Assembly (NCBI GenBank): GCA_010015585.1
Contig: ML975166.1
DNA from: Eremomyces bilateralis CBS 781.70
Taxonomy: Eukaryota
Strand: one strand, 5' to 3'
DNA: 64,000 nucleotides
The translations under genes were made by a program, and so were the position numbers. Under the pieces are notes generated by a model. The model was not told the DNA's origin. It worked only from the letters and a program-made list of their open reading frames with translations, and did no database searches. The stretch's first letter is position 1, and each line of letters starts with the position of its first letter. Of the stretch, positions 60,416-64,000 are shown piece by piece.

Positions 60416-63400
60416 ATGAGCGACACACCGGAGGAGGGTAGAAATACCCCTTCGCCCGGCCCTGGCGGCGCGGGAAAACGTCCAAGAGCACCGACCATCA
60501 CCATTGATACCAGCGCCGTGAACCCTGGCGACGAGATGAGCGACACGGTTCCACTGAATCAAGTAGCGACAGCCTCATCAACCGCTCTATCAGATGATCC
60601 GAGCACGGGAAATAGTGTAACCCCAGAGATAATCGAATTCGGCCCCGGGAGACCGAGCGACCCCCGACGAACTTCGGACGACAGTAAAGAGTCGCGACCA
60701 ACATCACCGCACAATATCTCATCACCCACCGATCGATATGGGAACGGGAATCAGTTCCTCGATGTCCCCGGAAGGAGAAGAGGGGAATCTTTCGATTCCA
60801 GCAACTCCCAGACCTCGCAAGACTCGTATGGCACAACGGCGGTGGCGAGCCCGACGACGCAAACAGCGCGGGCAGATAGCACTGCGACGACCGGGGGTTC
60901 GCAAAACGTGGAATTGGTTAGCGATAAGGAAGCATTGCAGCCCGACCCAGGCACGGAGGCCGAATTCGACGTAGACAATAACAAATTCGCCTTCTCGCCG
61001 GGTCAAATGTCGAAGCTATTGAACCCGAAGTCGCTGAGTGCATTCCGCGCGTTAGGGGGTGTCATTGGGCTAGAGAAAGGTCTTCGAACCGATCGAAGAA
61101 CAGGTCTTAGCATGGACGAAGAGGATCTGGACGGAGCTGTCTCGTTCGAGGAAGCCACCACGGCATGGGAAGTATCGCCGAGCACCACAAGCTCCGATGT
61201 CCCGGACAAGTTGGCTCGAGCAGATACGACGGCCGGTCGAAAATTCAGCGAGCACAGTTTCATCGACCGAAAACGAGTCTTCAGCGACAACCGCCTCCCG
61301 GAGAGGAAAACGAAGAACATTTTCCAGCTCGCTTGGATGGCGTACAACGATAAGGTGCTAATTCTGCTAACCGGGGCTGCTGTCATCTCGCTCGCGTTGG
61401 GTCTGTATCAAACTTTCGGCCAAGCGCACGGCGAGGGAGAAGCTAGGGTGGAGTGGATCGAGGGAGTGGCCATCATGGTCGCCATTGTTATTGTCGTGGT
61501 GGTTGGTGCCGTCAACGACTGGAAGAAAGAACGACAATTCGTCAAACTTAATAAGAAAAAGGAGGACCGCTTTGTGAAGGTCATCCGAAACGGTAAAACT
61601 CGGGAGATCAGCGTCTTTGATATCCTGGCCGGCGAAGTGATGCTTCTCGAACCTGGAGATCTGGTCCCCGTCGACGGCATCTTCCTCGAAGGTCATAACG
61701 TAAAATGCGACGAGTCTAGTGCCACCGGCGAATCGGATCTTTTGAAGAAGACGGGAGGCGAGGAGGTTCACAAGGCCATTCTCGAGGGCCGGCCGCTGAA
61801 GAAGCTCGACCCTTTCATCATCTCTGGCGCCAAAGTCTCCGAAGGCGTTGGAAGCTTCCTGGTCACGAGTACGGGTGTCCATTCGTCTTACGGGAAAACC
61901 ATGATGTCTCTGCGTGAGGACTCCGAAGTCACTCCGTTGCAGTTAAAACTTAACGTTCTTGCCGAGTACATCGCCAAGCTCGGTGGCGCTGCTGCTCTGC
62001 TCCTCTTCGTGGTCCTTCTGATCGAATTCCTTGCCCACCTTAAAAACGACGACCGACTCCCGGCCGAGAAAGGACAGAACTTCTTGAACATCCTGATTGT
62101 CTCCATCACCGTCGTGGTTGTCGCGGTTCCCGAGGGATTGCCTCTCGCCGTTACCCTCGCTTTGGCTTTCGCTACAACCCGCATGCTCAAGGACAACAAC
62201 TTGGTGCGACTTCTGCGCAGCTGCGAGACCATGGGCAATGCTACGACGGTTTGTAGTGACAAAACGGGCACCCTGACACAGAATAGGATGACGATTGTGG
62301 CCGGTACCATCGGTTCGTGGAACCGGTTCGGGGATAAGACAAAATTCACTCTTAGGGCGAACACTATAGGACCGGAGTCCGAGTCCATCCCCGAATTCAT
62401 GGGTGCTTTGGGGGATGAGGTCAAGACCCTGATCGTCCAGTCGATTGCGATCAACAGCACCGCCTTCGAGGGCGAAGAGGATGGCAAGCCCGCATTCATC
62501 GGATCCAAGACGGAAATGGCCATGCTGAACCTGGCGCGCGATTATTTGGGCATGGGCTCGGTCAGCATCGAGCGCTCCAATGCCACCATTGCTCAAATGG
62601 TCCCGTTCGACTCCGCACGAAAATGCATGGCCGCCGTAGTCAAATTGGACGACGGGCGCTACCGCATGTACGTTAAAGGGGCCAGTGAGATCTTGCTCTC
62701 CAAAGCCACTCGGATCCTCGATAATGCCACCAAAGACCTTTCGGATCGACCTCTCGATGCCGAGATCCGCGAGGAACTGAACTACGTTATCAGTTCCTAC
62801 GCTAGGCGCAGCCTGCGCACTATCGCGCTCCTCTTCCGCGACTTTGACTCATGGCCCCCGAAAGGTGCTCGCACTATGCAGGACGATAAGACCAGTGTGG
62901 AGTTTGACGATGTCTTCCGCGACATGACTTGGCTTGGCGTGGTAGGTATCCAAGACCCCTTGCGTGACGGAGTCCGGGAAGCCGTCCAAGACTGCCAACG
63001 AGCGGGGGTTTTCGTGCGCATGGTCACGGGCGACAACGTCGAGACGGCTAGAGCTATCGCCGAAGACTGCGGGATTCTGGTTCCCGGAGGCCTTGTGATG
63101 GAGGGACCGAAATTCCGCAAGCTAAGCCGCGGCAAGATGGCCGAAATCATCCCGAAGCTGTGCGTGTTGGCCCGAAGCTCGCCCGCCGACAAGGAGAAGC
63201 TGGTCAAACGGCTCAAGGAGATGGGGGAAACGGTCGCGGTTACAGGAGACGGGACCAACGATGCGCCGGCCCTGAAAGCGGCCGACGTGGGCTTTTCCAT
63301 GGGCATCGCTGGAACGGAGGTGGCGAAGGAGGCGTCTGCAATCATTCTTATGGACGACAACTTCGCCTCGATCGTGAAGGCCTTGCTTTGGGGCCGTGCC

Positions 63401-64000
63401 GTGAACGATGCGGTCAAAAAGTTCTTGCAGTTCCAGATCACGGTCAATATCACGGCCGTGGCCCTCACGTTCATCTCCGCGGTCGCGTCCGCTGATCAGA
63501 GCTCGGTCCTAACGGCGGTCCAGCTACTCTGGGTCAATCTGATCATGGACACATTCGCTGCGCTTGCTCTGGCCACCGATCCACCGACGCCGAGCCTATT
63601 GAACCGGAAGCCGGATCCCAAGTCCGCGCCGTTGATCACGCTCACTATGTGGAAGATGATAATCGGTCAGAGCATTTTCCAGCTTGCCGTCACGTTCGCG
63701 CTGCATTTCGGGGGTGCGAAGATCCTATCGTATGACACTCCCGAGGAACGGGATCTTCTTCCGACCTTAGTCTTCAACACCTTCGTCTGGATGCAGATCT
63801 TCAACATGTTCAACAACCGCCGGTTGGACAACAAGTTCAATATTTTCGAGGGAATTCAGCACAATTACTTCTTCATCCTGATCGCTACTATCATGATCGG
63901 CGGTCAAGTCTTGATCATTTTCGTTGGGGGCCGGGCTTTCCACGTGCAGCGCTTGGAACCCGCTCAATGGGGCTTGTCGGTCATTCTCGGCCTAATTTCG
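60416..64000 (+). CDS. PMC1: P2B-type (PMCA) vacuolar Ca2+-ATPase, 3'-truncated by the window edge
   Basis: Frame from ATG 60416 with RPRAPTITIDTS, NNKFAFSPGQ, DESSATGES, VAVPEGLPLAVT, CSDKTGTLTQN (Asp at 62258, in frame), VRMVTGDN, VAVTGDGTNDAPALK, QLLWVNLIMDT. No stop seen before 64000. Confidence 0.95.
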   Translation, partial: MSDTPEEGRNTPSPGPGGAGKRPRAPTITIDTSAVNPGDEMSDTVPLNQVATASSTALSDDPSTGNSVTPEIIEFGPGRPSDPRRTSDDSKESRPTSPHNISSPTDRYGNGNQFLDVPGRRRGESFDSSNSQTSQDSYGTTAVASPTTQTARADSTATTGGSQNVELVSDKEALQPDPGTEAEFDVDNNKFAFSPGQMSKLLNPKSLSAFRALGGVIGLEKGLRTDRRTGLSMDEEDLDGAVSFEEATTAWEVSPSTTSSDVPDKLARADTTAGRKFSEHSFIDRKRVFSDNRLPERKTKNIFQLAWMAYNDKVLILLTGAAVISLALGLYQTFGQAHGEGEARVEWIEGVAIMVAIVIVVVVGAVNDWKKERQFVKLNKKKEDRFVKVIRNGKTREISVFDILAGEVMLLEPGDLVPVDGIFLEGHNVKCDESSATGESDLLKKTGGEEVHKAILEGRPLKKLDPFIISGAKVSEGVGSFLVTSTGVHSSYGKTMMSLREDSEVTPLQLKLNVLAEYIAKLGGAAALLLFVVLLIEFLAHLKNDDRLPAEKGQNFLNILIVSITVVVVAVPEGLPLAVTLALAFATTRMLKDNNLVRLLRSCETMGNATTVCSDKTGTLTQNRMTIVAGTIGSWNRFGDKTKFTLRANTIGPESESIPEFMGALGDEVKTLIVQSIAINSTAFEGEEDGKPAFIGSKTEMAMLNLARDYLGMGSVSIERSNATIAQMVPFDSARKCMAAVVKLDDGRYRMYVKGASEILLSKATRILDNATKDLSDRPLDAEIREELNYVISSYARRSLRTIALLFRDFDSWPPKGARTMQDDKTSVEFDDVFRDMTWLGVVGIQDPLRDGVREAVQDCQRAGVFVRMVTGDNVETARAIAEDCGILVPGGLVMEGPKFRKLSRGKMAEIIPKLCVLARSSPADKEKLVKRLKEMGETVAVTGDGTNDAPALKAADVGFSMGIAGTEVAKEASAIILMDDNFASIVKALLWGRAVNDAVKKFLQFQITVNITAVALTFISAVASADQSSVLTAVQLLWVNLIMDTFAALALATDPPTPSLLNRKPDPKSAPLITLTMWKMIIGQSIFQLAVTFALHFGGAKILSYDTPEERDLLPTLVFNTFVWMQIFNMFNNRRLDNKFNIFEGIQHNYFFILIATIMIGGQVLIIFVGGRAFHVQRLEPAQWGLSVILGLIS

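Noticed and set aside
61003..63967. Long minus-strand ORFs (127-225 aa) opposite PMC1, and similar antisense ORFs over NOP7, SPT5, ARC1 and the YVC1-like gene
   Set aside because: Shadow ORFs produced by codon bias of the real gene on the other strand; no recognisable motifs.

Overview
Compact, gene-dense eukaryotic DNA from a filamentous ascomycete (Pezizomycotina-type genes; most introns ~45-95 nt with GTRNGT donors, CTRAC branch points and YAG acceptors). I can model about 25 protein-coding loci by hand-splicing, mostly housekeeping: Tgl4-like lipase, PTH11-like membrane protein, glutaminyl cyclase, Mak31/LSm, Gab1/PIG-U, Nop7, phenol monooxygenase, Spt5, quinone oxidoreductase, twin-CX9C protein, two alpha/beta hydrolases, PAP2 phosphatase, cellulose-synthase-like GT2, Nyv1/VAMP7, Yvc1-like TRP channel, Ura4, SUN-domain protein, Gal10-type epimerase, Arc1, Esf2, Elp4 and Pmc1 (runs off the right edge, so it is absent from the ORF track). 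No rRNA, tRNA or CRISPR was seen. The features the gene list does not explain are: a 173-bp TA-flanked pogo/Tc1-mariner-type MITE at 32331-32503; a TPR-like gene broken by a single in-frame TAG at 13780; a long PMC1 leader with a strong-context 7-codon uORF, a probable 5'UTR intron and Crz1-type motifs; co-location of Nyv1, Yvc1-like and Pmc1; a GT2 with non-canonical catalytic motifs; a GC-AG intron; a nested stem-loop before the LSm gene; and a recurrent intergenic TACGGA(G/A)T motif. I see no firm evidence for a wholly new multi-gene system. All product calls are from motif recognition, not database searches.
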